The translations under genes were made by a program, and so were the position numbers. A DNA stretch of 60,476 nucleotides, counting the filler, from Globobulimina sp. (Eukaryota), in NCBI GenBank assembly GCA_003354225.1. It is 13 parts of 13 records of this genome, joined end to end, with 100 filler letters (N's around TTAATTAATTAA, not from the genome) between each part and the next. Parts side by side here need not be neighbours in the genome. Positions count along the whole stretch, not along the records: positions 51,269 to 55,823 come from PIVH01001123.1; positions 55,924 to 60,476 come from PIVH01001124.1; 11 more parts are not named here. The stretch is one strand, 5' to 3'. The notes under the pieces are model-generated. The model saw nothing but the letters and a program-made list of their open reading frames with translations, ran no database searches and had not been told where the DNA came from. Positions 51,657 to 60,476 of the stretch are shown here, one piece after another. Position 1 is the first letter of the stretch, and each line of letters begins with the position of its first letter.

Positions 51657-53222
51657 TTATAATTTGAAGTATGTGTTACAATGAGATCCCTTAAAAGGTC
51701 GGAATGAAAACACTCGTTCCCACTTCTTTGCTACTCTCAAATCCAACATAAACACACAACGTCTAATACTCTGACAAGCGCCATATAATATATTCTTGTC
51801 TGTACCTAACCAAATTTGCTTCATTCCTCTATGCTTTGGAAATGCATTGTGAATCCATTCGAATTTATTCAAATCAAAATATGACACACTCCCCGCATTT
51901 ATATCATTCTTGTTTGACGAAAGAGCATAAATTCTTTGATTAACAGTTTCATCGCAACAAAATGTAGGTTTTGAACACGAATAAGATAAACAAGGCACAT
52001 TTTCAAACGTTAAAGTATCCAAATCATAGAGATAATAATCGCGTGGATGACCTACGCCGATGCGACGATAAATAAATAATTTACTTTCTTTCTCCAATAA
52101 ACACATTGCATTCTCACCAGTTTTTCCTATATTCAACTTTTTATTTTGTTCTATTATTCTCCATTTCCATGCTTTCAAAGAAAACGATATTAATGCACCC
52201 GGCATAGAAACTAATAGGCCATATTTTGAAGAATAAACACTTGGCTTCGGTTCAAAATTTAGTTCAAAAGCTAAAAACATCGAAGATTGAGGAAATATTA
52301 GTTCAAATGCTAAGTTATCATTGAATACAATGGCACTAAATTCTGCAATATATTCTGTATTGGCTGTATATGTATTACGTCGTAGACATTTTTGTAAAAA
52401 TAACACATTAAATCTGTTAAACTCATTAATTTCATTTTCTTGCTTTGTTGCATATTTTATATTATATTCGTTGATTATGTGAAAAGGTAATTTTATATTA
52501 GTCGCAGTGCATACAATGGAATTCATAGGTTTTGAATTACTGATTGAAGGAATATAGTATACATTCTTTTTTGTGCTGTAATTACAGACACCAAAACCAG
52601 CGGATTTGCCTTCCAAAAGACACGAACCAATGAGTTTTATATCCTTTTCATATCCATAAAATCTAATAAATAAAACAAACAAATCAGTGGGAATCATGTG
52701 CATTTCCACCCCTTCGATATTATGACAATATCCAACAATCAGTAAATTCAATAAATCAGTGTCGTTATAATTACCTCCATCATTGCCAGCTGCAGCTTCA
52801 TGACTTTCTTTTCGAGGAGCTGTGATATGGAGTGTGTTGTAAAAAATAGTATGTTCTTTTGGATTGTCCATAATTGGTTTCTCGTTAATCATTGGTTTCG
52901 CGGTAATTGCCTTCTCCATAATTGGTATTGGTTCAATTCCATCCAATGCAGCCATAGCAGATCGCATTAATAGTTGTAATTTGGGAATGTAATAATCACT
53001 TTCATTTGGTTGATGTTGTTGATTTTGAATGTTGTAATTATCATTATTTTGAGAGAAAGTTACCCTTTGTTGATTAACTTGATTTTGAGCTTGGTTTATT
53101 GGATGAATGTAATTATTATAATGGTGATAATTATTGAGTACGGGTTGTAAGTGCGGTATAAATGGTTGAAATGGCGCAGCATTTGGGTCCAAAGAACTGT
53201 TATTGGCCAAATTATCATCCAT
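51657..53222 (-). CDS. Protein with N-terminal PAM2-like motif, F-box-like helix and degenerate Kelch-like beta-propeller
   Basis: SLDPNAAPFQP; LLIVGYC...IPTDLFVLFIRFY; YLYDL...F, YFDLNKFEW and LDLRVAKKW blade ends. Confidence 0.65.
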   Translation of the reverse strand: MDDNLANNSSLDPNAAPFQPFIPHLQPVLNNYHHYNNYIHPINQAQNQVNQQRVTFSQNNDNYNIQNQQHQPNESDYYIPKLQLLMRSAMAALDGIEPIPIMEKAITAKPMINEKPIMDNPKEHTIFYNTLHITAPRKESHEAAAGNDGGNYNDTDLLNLLIVGYCHNIEGVEMHMIPTDLFVLFIRFYGYEKDIKLIGSCLLEGKSAGFGVCNYSTKKNVYYIPSISNSKPMNSIVCTATNIKLPFHIINEYNIKYATKQENEINEFNRFNVLFLQKCLRRNTYTANTEYIAEFSAIVFNDNLAFELIFPQSSMFLAFELNFEPKPSVYSSKYGLLVSMPGALISFSLKAWKWRIIEQNKKLNIGKTGENAMCLLEKESKLFIYRRIGVGHPRDYYLYDLDTLTFENVPCLSYSCSKPTFCCDETVNQRIYALSSNKNDINAGSVSYFDLNKFEWIHNAFPKHRGMKQIWLGTDKNILYGACQSIRRCVFMLDLRVAKKWERVFSFRPFKGSHCNTYFKL

Positions 53223-53664
53223 GCTTATTAGCTACAATCTATTTTGTAAAAGAAGCATACAGAACAACGAACCATTAGCATACACTCAAAAATCCTTTCA
53301 ACATTTTCAAAAAAAAAGCATTAAATAATACGTACCACATCAGGGTCGTTCAAAGCGAAGAGATTCTGATTGGACTTTCGTTCACTTTTTGTTTTGTTTT
53401 TTGATCAAAAACAGAAGACAATAGCATTTGATCCTTGATCGAAATCAAATTCATTGCACACACACAACAACACTGAACCACGCGGTCAAAAAGAATCAAA
53501 AACGTCTTCGTTTTTAAATTCACAAAATTAAATCATCAAAAAAAAGAGAGAGAAAACACAACAACACCCACTAAACACTACACATTCATCATTAATTCAT
53601 TTAACCTCTGTTGCAATTCCAAAAAACCTAAACATCACAATCCCACAAAACACGCCAACCCACA

Positions 53665-55823
53665 ATGTACAACATGGATAACCAGAATATGATGAATAAT
53701 ATGAATAATTTATACCAACAGCAATATCAATTTAACCCATCCTTCGCCAATGCCAACAACCCGCAAACCCAATTTTATCCCACCTCCAACCCCCAACCCA
53801 CTGTCTCCACTCAATTCAATTTAGGCGCACAGCCCTTCGTTCCCTCCACCGCCATTGGCCAAGTCCAGCAAGTCCAGCAAGTGCAGGGCATGCCGGCCGC
53901 GCAAATCTATCAACCAAACCTCGCAATGCAGCCGCAGCCGCATCCCCAGCCCCAACCACCGCCCACTACCAACAATTACATGTATAACCCGACCAACAAC
54001 TTAACCAACGAAGCCTCGATATTGAAGGAGAAATTACAGCGTCGATTGGCCAAAGACATCGAGGAATTTCAGGCCAAATTGTGCAACTTCCCCAACTTCA
54101 ACGCCATGCCTTTAAAGGACAAACTGGAAGAATGGCATTTCAACGTCTGGCCCGTGGCCGGCGTCTATGCCGACTATTGCATCAACGGCGTGATCAATTT
54201 CCCCACACAGTATCCGCAAAAGCCGCCCACCATCGAGCTATCCGTCCCCATCCCGCATCCAAACGTGAAATCCATATCTTCGAAAGCTTTTGTCCAACTC
54301 GACATTTTGTCATGTATGTCACCTTTGTTTTGCTGACTATTTTTTCACACTTTTTCCAGATTTTTCTGGCCAAAAGGCGCCTTTTGCAAAGCTGCTGCGC
54401 CGCAGTGTGCCTTTGCAATTTCTGCCTGAATCCGCAAAATCGCACATGTGAACATACCACACCACACACTCAGCGTCGCGATGGAAGCAAAGCTACAGCA
54501 TTTTGGATATATTCCGTGAATTGTCCGCCGCGTTTTGCAGCACTACGGTGAATGAGATCGGCGACAGTGTGCCGAGTGAGGAGATCGAGCGCGCTCACAC
54601 GGAATTAAAGACCTTCAAATGTATGTGGACGGGGCATACCTCTCAGAACCCCGTGCCTAAGAAAGGTCAGCCCATTCCCCATAGCCGCAAACAGATCAAT
54701 CAGTTGCAAGCCTCGCAGCCGTTGACCATCGAAAACCAAGCGTATCAATGGCGATATTGCCGTATAAAGCAAATCGAGTGTTCCTTCGGCAAAGTTTACT
54801 ATGAAGCGAGAGTCGTGTCCTCTGTCTTAGGTTTGATCCCTCTCCCAATCCCATCCTCGCACTCAGATTAAACTCGTCTTTTTTTTTTTTATACCACACT
54901 GTAATCTCAGGGCCAAATAAGTTAACCCCGATCCAAAGTGGCTGGGCCTTGCCGCCCGACGACGACCCGGCGTTAGGCGAGGAATTCGCATCTGTGGTGT
55001 TGGGCAATCGCTATTATATGCAACGTATCGGCGGCGTGATCATTCATAAGCGGCCGTTTGAAATCTCGCACAATAACCAGTTGCCGATGGGCTTCGGCGA
55101 CCAAAATGATAAAATTGTGTGCGCCGCAGACTTCGAAACCAAAAATATCTCCTTTTACATCAATGGAGCGTCCGTCGGAATGATCGAGTTTCCCAAATCC
55201 TTCATCGAGTCGGACAAGCCGTTGGTGCCCGTAATAGGTTTATCGTATGCCAGCGTGGAATTAAATTTCAAAAACCTCAATTTGAGCATCCCCGACATCA
55301 CCTCATCGTACCTCACCATCCAGGAATATTTGCAAATCGACCGCAGTGATTGGGTCTGGGAGCGGGGCTCTTTGGTGGATTGGAACGTGCTGTTTACGTA
55401 CGGCTTGCCTATGGACGAAAGCACTGCGAGCAATGACGCGGAGAATAACGAGTCTGACCGGTTTCGGCAAATTGTATTGGAGATCTTCCATTGTTTAGGC
55501 TTTGAGACCTTGTCCAAATGTCGCGAAGTGTGCAAGATCTGGAACGAAGTGATAAACCGCGCCTATTTTGTACATCGCAGCAAATTGAAGTGTTATTACA
55601 GCGATAAGTCGTTCGATAATAAGGAGACTGAGATTGGATTAATGCTACATATTAAAGAAAAGAGTGAGTTGATCTCGTGTTCTCGCGATTGTATCTCGTT
55701 CAATGTGTGGCACAAATTAGATATTCACATCGATAGTAAACACGAGGAATTCACGCATTTTCTGCCGATTATCATCAATCAAGAACACGGCAAGAGAATC
55801 AGCAAAATATTGACGAAGCAGAT
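53665..55823 (+). CDS. PAM2-like + UBC/UEV + SPRY + F-box multidomain protein; introns 54314-54473 and 54831-54910; 3'-truncated
   Basis: EWHFNV, FPTQYPQKPP, HPNV and spliced W.QSYSILDI (UBC fold); GKVYYEARV...GWA...D.IVCAADF...ISFYING (SPRY); IVLEIFHCL...LSKCREVCKIWNEV (F-box). Confidence 0.8.
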
Positions 55824-55923
55824 NNNNNNNNNNNNNNNNNNNNNNNNNNNNNNNNNNNNNNNNNNNNTTAATTAATTAANNNNNNNNNNNNNNNNNNNNN
55901 NNNNNNNNNNNNNNNNNNNNNNN

Positions 55924-56545
55924 AACTCCGATTCATGGTCAGATTTTACATCGTCATCATCCGAAATGGATTCACAATCACTCGAATCGTAACCCTCTGA
56001 ATGCTGCATAAACCAACCCATTCTGCGATGCATTTCAATCATTCCCTCGTCGCCGTGTCTTACACCAATACCAATTTGTGATTCGTCGATGTTTTTATTT
56101 AATTCGATTTTATTTAAACTGACGGCTTCCGATTCGGCGATTCGCGCAAAAATGTCAGAGATACCAATGGGTCTAATATCAGGTTTTGTATTTGGTGGCG
56201 AGTCCTTTTTGACTGGTTTGTTCAGTAAAATTTCTCGAACGCCCCAAAAGTACTCACTTATAAAGTCAGGAATATCTCCATTCATAATCATATTAATAAA
56301 CTTAATCAACGGCGATGTAATTTTGATGACGCGGCGAATTTTCCATAATTGTTGGATGATTTTTACATTTATTAAATTGATGCCACCCGACGCCAATTTG
56401 TTCAATTTACCAAAAATTTGATCTAATCTTAATTCATTCGTTACAAGTTTCGTGCACCGCAATTTTTTGATTTTCTTCAATATTTTGCCGGGTTTCAGTT
56501 TAGATTGCAATTTTTGTTTATTTTCATCGGTTAATTCAGCGATGC
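55924..56545 (-). mobile_element. Fragment of a non-LTR reverse transcriptase, CRE/SLACS-like
   Basis: LLNKP...DIRPIGISDIFARIA and QIGIGVRHGDEG resemble CRE-clade RT domains 1-2. Confidence 0.7.
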
Positions 56546-56687
56546 TTTAAATCGGTTTCATATGAATTTAATACTAAATTGGGTTAAATTCATTAATGGG
56601 AAACCGATTCAAAGTTGGCAAACTAAAGCGTAAGTGCCATGTATTTAACTTTAAGAGTTATAGCTCACAGAAAAAAGTTAGTTAGCA

Positions 56688-58820
56688 CTAGTCTAATGTA
56701 GGATCATTATTTTGTTTGGTTTCGATAATATTATTACTCAAATTTTGTATGTCATATCGATCGTGAATTGGTGTTATTGATGGCACAAATATATTTTTAT
56801 TATATGTCGGATTTGATGGTTTATTTTTAATAATTGCATCATTTAAAACTAAAAGGCGTTGTTTACGTTTTTGTTGTTCGGATAATTTGGTATTGCCATA
56901 AATTGGTTTCATTTTGGCGGTTATTGCCTTTTGTAATTGTATATTGCGTCGTTGTTGTGCTACCAATCTTGTATTATAATCATGCGTTGGTTGAAGAGGT
57001 GGTACTGGTGTTTGGATAGTGATAGGATGCTGTTTAAGATAGTTCTGATAATCATATGGAACTTTCTTATGTTTAGCTGTATTATTATTTGAATTATTTG
57101 TTGGAATATCATCATCTGAATCTGATTCAGAGCCACTATCCACATCCATTGGTGTTGTATTTGGCTGTGCTTCATTTGGCAATAATGTCGGTTCATTGGA
57201 TGGATGCTGTTGCAGAATACAACATGTTGGTTCTTCCGATTTATTTCTGAACATATATCCAATGTGTTTTTCTTTGATGGTTTGCCTGGCCAAATGTTGC
57301 TGATATAAATATAATATATTTGCCGTATTCTGATGCTGTTTAAATTCATTTGTTGATAATATTGCGGTCAATGCATCTCGACTCAAATAATCCGCAAATT
57401 TGTTCTTGTTACCAGGAATATATTCGGCTTTAAAATCATATTCCTGTAACCGCACTGCCCATCGATAAAGTTTGCCTGCTCTGAAGTTCTTTGCGCGATT
57501 AAATAATTCCTGGAGATTTTTGTGATCAGTGTATACCGTAAACGGTTTACCGATTAAAAACGGTCGCCATTTTTCTACGGCATGTATTACAGCATATATT
57601 TCCTGTTCTGATATATGCCAATTTGACTGCGTGTTATTAAATAATTTACTGCAAAACTGTATTACTTTAAGCTTATTATCATGGGCTCGTTGTGTAAGTA
57701 CACATCCTATTCCATGAATTGACGCATCACAGTATACCTGAAATGGTTTTGTCATATCAGGATGGGACAGTATTTGGGTATCATTGACTTTATTTTTAAT
57801 ATGCTCAAACAAGACATCCAATTTATCATTCCATTTAAAACGAGTATTTTTATGGATCATTGTATGGAATGGTTTTAAATCAATGTGTAAATCGGGAATA
57901 AATTTATGGAGATATTGAATCATTCCAATAAAGCGTTGCATTTGTTTTTTATTTTGTGGTTTTGGTATATTTTGGATTTTTGTTTTGTATTTATCTGTAA
58001 CATGGAACCCGTTTTTATCGATATTAAAACCTAAATAATTAACGGATTGTTGTGCAAATGCACATTTATCTAAACGTAATTTAATGCCATATTGTTCAAT
58101 TCGTTTAAATACCTCAGTTAAGTGTTTCTTATGTTCTTCTGCTGTTTCTGAAAGTATCGCAATATCGTCTATGTATACAATCACATATTTCAGATCGCTA
58201 AATATATTATTCATTGCTTTCTGGAAATATGGCGGTGCATTACATAAACCGAATGGCATAACATTCCATTCATACAATTTATTATTAAATGCAAATGCTG
58301 TTTTCCATCGATGATCTGGTTTTATTGGTATATGCCAATAACCTGATTTCATATCCAATGTGGTAATATATTCTTTTTTATGGAATGATCGTATGAGTTT
58401 ATCTATGGACGGTAATGGATATGCCATGCGTTTGGTTATGTTATTCAATTTTCTATAATCAAATACCATTCGTAAATCGCCAGTTTTTTTACTTATTATA
58501 AACAATGGAGATTTAATCGGTGATTCGGATTCTGAAACATGTCCACGTTTTATTAATCCTTGTAATTGTGATTCAATCTCGTCAGTATGATGTACATTAT
58601 GCGGATACTCTGGACATTGTATATTGGTATCTGCATTTAGTTTAAAATTGATTTCAAACTCTGTATTTGGAATTGTACCGCTATCATAATCATGGGATGC
58701 AATTACTGAATTATATTGATCCAGTTTATGCAAAATAAAGGTCTTTAAATCCTTATTCTTATCTGAAATTATAATATCGTTCGGGTCAAGGACTTTGTTT
58801 GCTGTTTTGGGGTTTTTGGC
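56688..58820 (-). CDS. Gypsy RT-RNase H (+1 frame relative to protease), ending at a premature stop
   Basis: LRMVFDYRKLN, LDMKSGYWHI, VMPFGLCNAP, YIDDI, YCDAS, EQEIYAV, TDHKNL and ADYLSR. Confidence 0.93.
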   Translation of the reverse strand, partial: AKNPKTANKVLDPNDIIISDKNKDLKTFILHKLDQYNSVIASHDYDSGTIPNTEFEINFKLNADTNIQCPEYPHNVHHTDEIESQLQGLIKRGHVSESESPIKSPLFIISKKTGDLRMVFDYRKLNNITKRMAYPLPSIDKLIRSFHKKEYITTLDMKSGYWHIPIKPDHRWKTAFAFNNKLYEWNVMPFGLCNAPPYFQKAMNNIFSDLKYVIVYIDDIAILSETAEEHKKHLTEVFKRIEQYGIKLRLDKCAFAQQSVNYLGFNIDKNGFHVTDKYKTKIQNIPKPQNKKQMQRFIGMIQYLHKFIPDLHIDLKPFHTMIHKNTRFKWNDKLDVLFEHIKNKVNDTQILSHPDMTKPFQVYCDASIHGIGCVLTQRAHDNKLKVIQFCSKLFNNTQSNWHISEQEIYAVIHAVEKWRPFLIGKPFTVYTDHKNLQELFNRAKNFRAGKLYRWAVRLQEYDFKAEYIPGNKNKFADYLSRDALTAILSTNEFKQHQNTANILYLYQQHLARQTIKEKHIGYMFRNKSEEPTCCILQQHPSNEPTLLPNEAQPNTTPMDVDSGSESDSDDDIPTNNSNNNTAKHKKVPYDYQNYLKQHPITIQTPVPPLQPTHDYNTRLVAQQRRNIQLQKAITAKMKPIYGNTKLSEQQKRKQRLLVLNDAIIKNKPSNPTYNKNIFVPSITPIHDRYDIQNLSNNIIETKQNNDPTLD

Positions 58821-59427
58821 AGACCGGGTAAGTCTCTGTATGTTCAATGTCTGCGTCGTGGTAACTGTCCAATATATCACTTTCATGATGATAGATACTG
58901 TTACCAGTTTGGACAAACTCCCAACCTAACTGTTGCTGAGTGTTTCTGCCAACCAAATATCGATATGGTAGATCCCAAATCACGTACATTTTAATAGTTA
59001 AATTACGGGACCGATTGCGTACTACCATTGGTACGTAATCTTTACACCAAATATAGCCACCACCTGTACGTACTCTAAATGCCCTTTTATTCGTTTTGAT
59101 ATATTGTTTATATTTAAATGCTTCTACACCTGATATAGCGTCAATATTCGCGCCAGTATCAGCTGCAGCACGTACAGTTTGTTTAATGGGTGTAATGGCA
59201 TCTAAATCAATCATATTTATTGGTATTTCAATATTGCACGTATTAACAGACTCAATGCCCAACAATGCAGGTGATATATAATTTGGATGATTATTTAATA
59301 TATTTTGTATTGGAGGTATATCATGTGCATTTTCCGAACTTATTATTGGATTATTATTAATATAATCATCATCGTCATGGTATGAATCAAAATCGATATT
59401 ATTTTCATTTTTAGTCACGCCGCGCAC
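58786..59427 (-). CDS. Gypsy aspartic protease (+1 frame relative to gag)
   Basis: AAADTGA catalytic motif and YLVGRN. Confidence 0.85.
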   Translation of the reverse strand: MRGVTKNENNIDFDSYHDDDDYINNNPIISSENAHDIPPIQNILNNHPNYISPALLGIESVNTCNIEIPINMIDLDAITPIKQTVRAAADTGANIDAISGVEAFKYKQYIKTNKRAFRVRTGGGYIWCKDYVPMVVRNRSRNLTIKMYVIWDLPYRYLVGRNTQQQLGWEFVQTGNSIYHHESDILDSYHDADIEHTETYPVCQKPQNSKQSP

Positions 59428-60475
59428 GCTGATTACGAGTGTGCAGAGACTCTACTGTATTTACCATGGAATTATACAACTCCAATTCCTCCGCATCAAT
59501 GTGATTGTTATTATTTAACGAATCACGTAAATTATTTATGGTATTCGTAATTGTTGCGTTATTCTTTCGTAATACATTCAATTCGGCTTTACCGGTCTTA
59601 TTTTTATTATTATTTCTATTTTTATTTTTATAATCAGTTGGTTTATTATTATTACGATTATTGTTACGATTAAATGTATTATTTCTTTGATCATTAATAA
59701 ATGTACCATCGGGATATTTTACTGCAGTACAATTTGCAGTCCAATGATTATTACGATCACAACGTGTACAATACATATTTCTGTTATTATATCGTCGTCG
59801 TGAAGTCGCTAATTTATATCCTTTTGCATGAAAATTCGCACGACAATTATTTATTTGATGCCCCATTCTGCCGCAACGATTACATTGTTTATTAAAACGC
59901 ATCCGTTTGAATGGTTGATAGTCACCATATTTATTACGACGTTTATATGGTTTACGTGTTCTGGGAGTTACCGGTCTCGTTGGTCGGACAATGTTAAGTG
60001 TTGCTGTTGTTATTCTTTGCGTTTTTGTAACATGTACAGATTTTTGAAATGGTGGTTTAACATATATTTGGAAGTCAGCTGGCGTGGCTTTATACGGTGT
60101 ATATTCGTATTCAGACATCCCATCATATAACGACGAAATTAATTCATTCTTCATAGTTCCCATAGTATTCGCCCAGTCTGCATACGTTAAGGGATTTGCT
60201 TTTATAATATAATTGCGAGTTAATTTATTTATTATCCCCATATTTCTGTATTTTGCTTGATTATTTTTACGAATAAATATACCTTTTAATGCTTCAATTT
60301 TGTCCTCCAAAGATATATCAGTTAATTGGTTATCAGCAGATCTCTCTTTATTGATCCACGTTATTGATTTGGTAATCTTTTTTAATTTAGTTTGGTATCG
60401 TTGGAATACTTTATGAGGATCTTCGTTGAGACGCTGCGTATCATTTTTTAAACGACGAATGAATTCATGTTTTAA
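59411..60475 (-). CDS. Gypsy Gag with two CCHC zinc knuckles (open to the contig edge)
   Basis: CNRCGRMGHQINNC and CTRCDRNNHWTANC. Confidence 0.88.
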   Translation of the reverse strand, partial: LKHEFIRRLKNDTQRLNEDPHKVFQRYQTKLKKITKSITWINKERSADNQLTDISLEDKIEALKGIFIRKNNQAKYRNMGIINKLTRNYIIKANPLTYADWANTMGTMKNELISSLYDGMSEYEYTPYKATPADFQIYVKPPFQKSVHVTKTQRITTATLNIVRPTRPVTPRTRKPYKRRNKYGDYQPFKRMRFNKQCNRCGRMGHQINNCRANFHAKGYKLATSRRRYNNRNMYCTRCDRNNHWTANCTAVKYPDGTFINDQRNNTFNRNNNRNNNKPTDYKNKNRNNNKNKTGKAELNVLRKNNATITNTINNLRDSLNNNNHIDAEELELYNSMVNTVESLHTRNQRARRD

Positions 60476-60476
60476 T

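Larger units (their letters stand above)
56688..60476 (-). mobile_element. Ty3/Gypsy LTR retrotransposon internal region (gag, protease, RT, RNase H), truncated before integrase
   Basis: Domain order gag-PR-RT-RH; no LTR inside the contig. Confidence 0.95.

Noticed and set aside
1..60476. Cross-contig gene neighbourhoods interpreted as one operon or system
   Set aside because: Contigs are ordered by length, so adjacency across spacers has no biological meaning.

Overview
This window is not a contiguous locus. It is 13 unrelated ~4.56-kb contigs (4566 down to 4553 bp, sorted by length) joined by artificial 100-nt spacers (44 N + TTAATTAATTAA + 44 N), so gene neighbourhood is only meaningful inside each contig. 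The DNA is AT-rich and eukaryotic: most genes are broken by short (mostly ~50-80 nt) GT-AG introns whose removal restores conserved motifs. The protein families look foraminiferan/rhizarian, but that assignment is inference only. Recognisable genes are a Gal-3-O-sulfotransferase, a TLC-like membrane protein, an intronless CTC1 (telomeric CST subunit) head-to-head with an SQ/TQ-FHA protein, a MATE transporter, a bacterial-type AlkK/DmdB-like acyl-CoA ligase with introns, a secreted beta-helix (GH141-like) enzyme, two large PbH1 beta-helix membrane proteins, an atypical kinase, a double C-type lectin, a PH-TPR protein, an Arf GTPase, and a PAM2-UEV-SPRY-F-box protein. Mobile DNA includes an intron-containing hAT transposase, an APE-RT LINE with unusual insertions, a Ty3/Gypsy element with a candidate +1 frameshift signal, and a CRE-type RT fragment. 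One whole contig is non-repetitive purine-pyrimidine-alternating DNA. No rRNA, tRNA or CRISPR array was found, and no multi-gene novel system can be demonstrated because the contigs are short.
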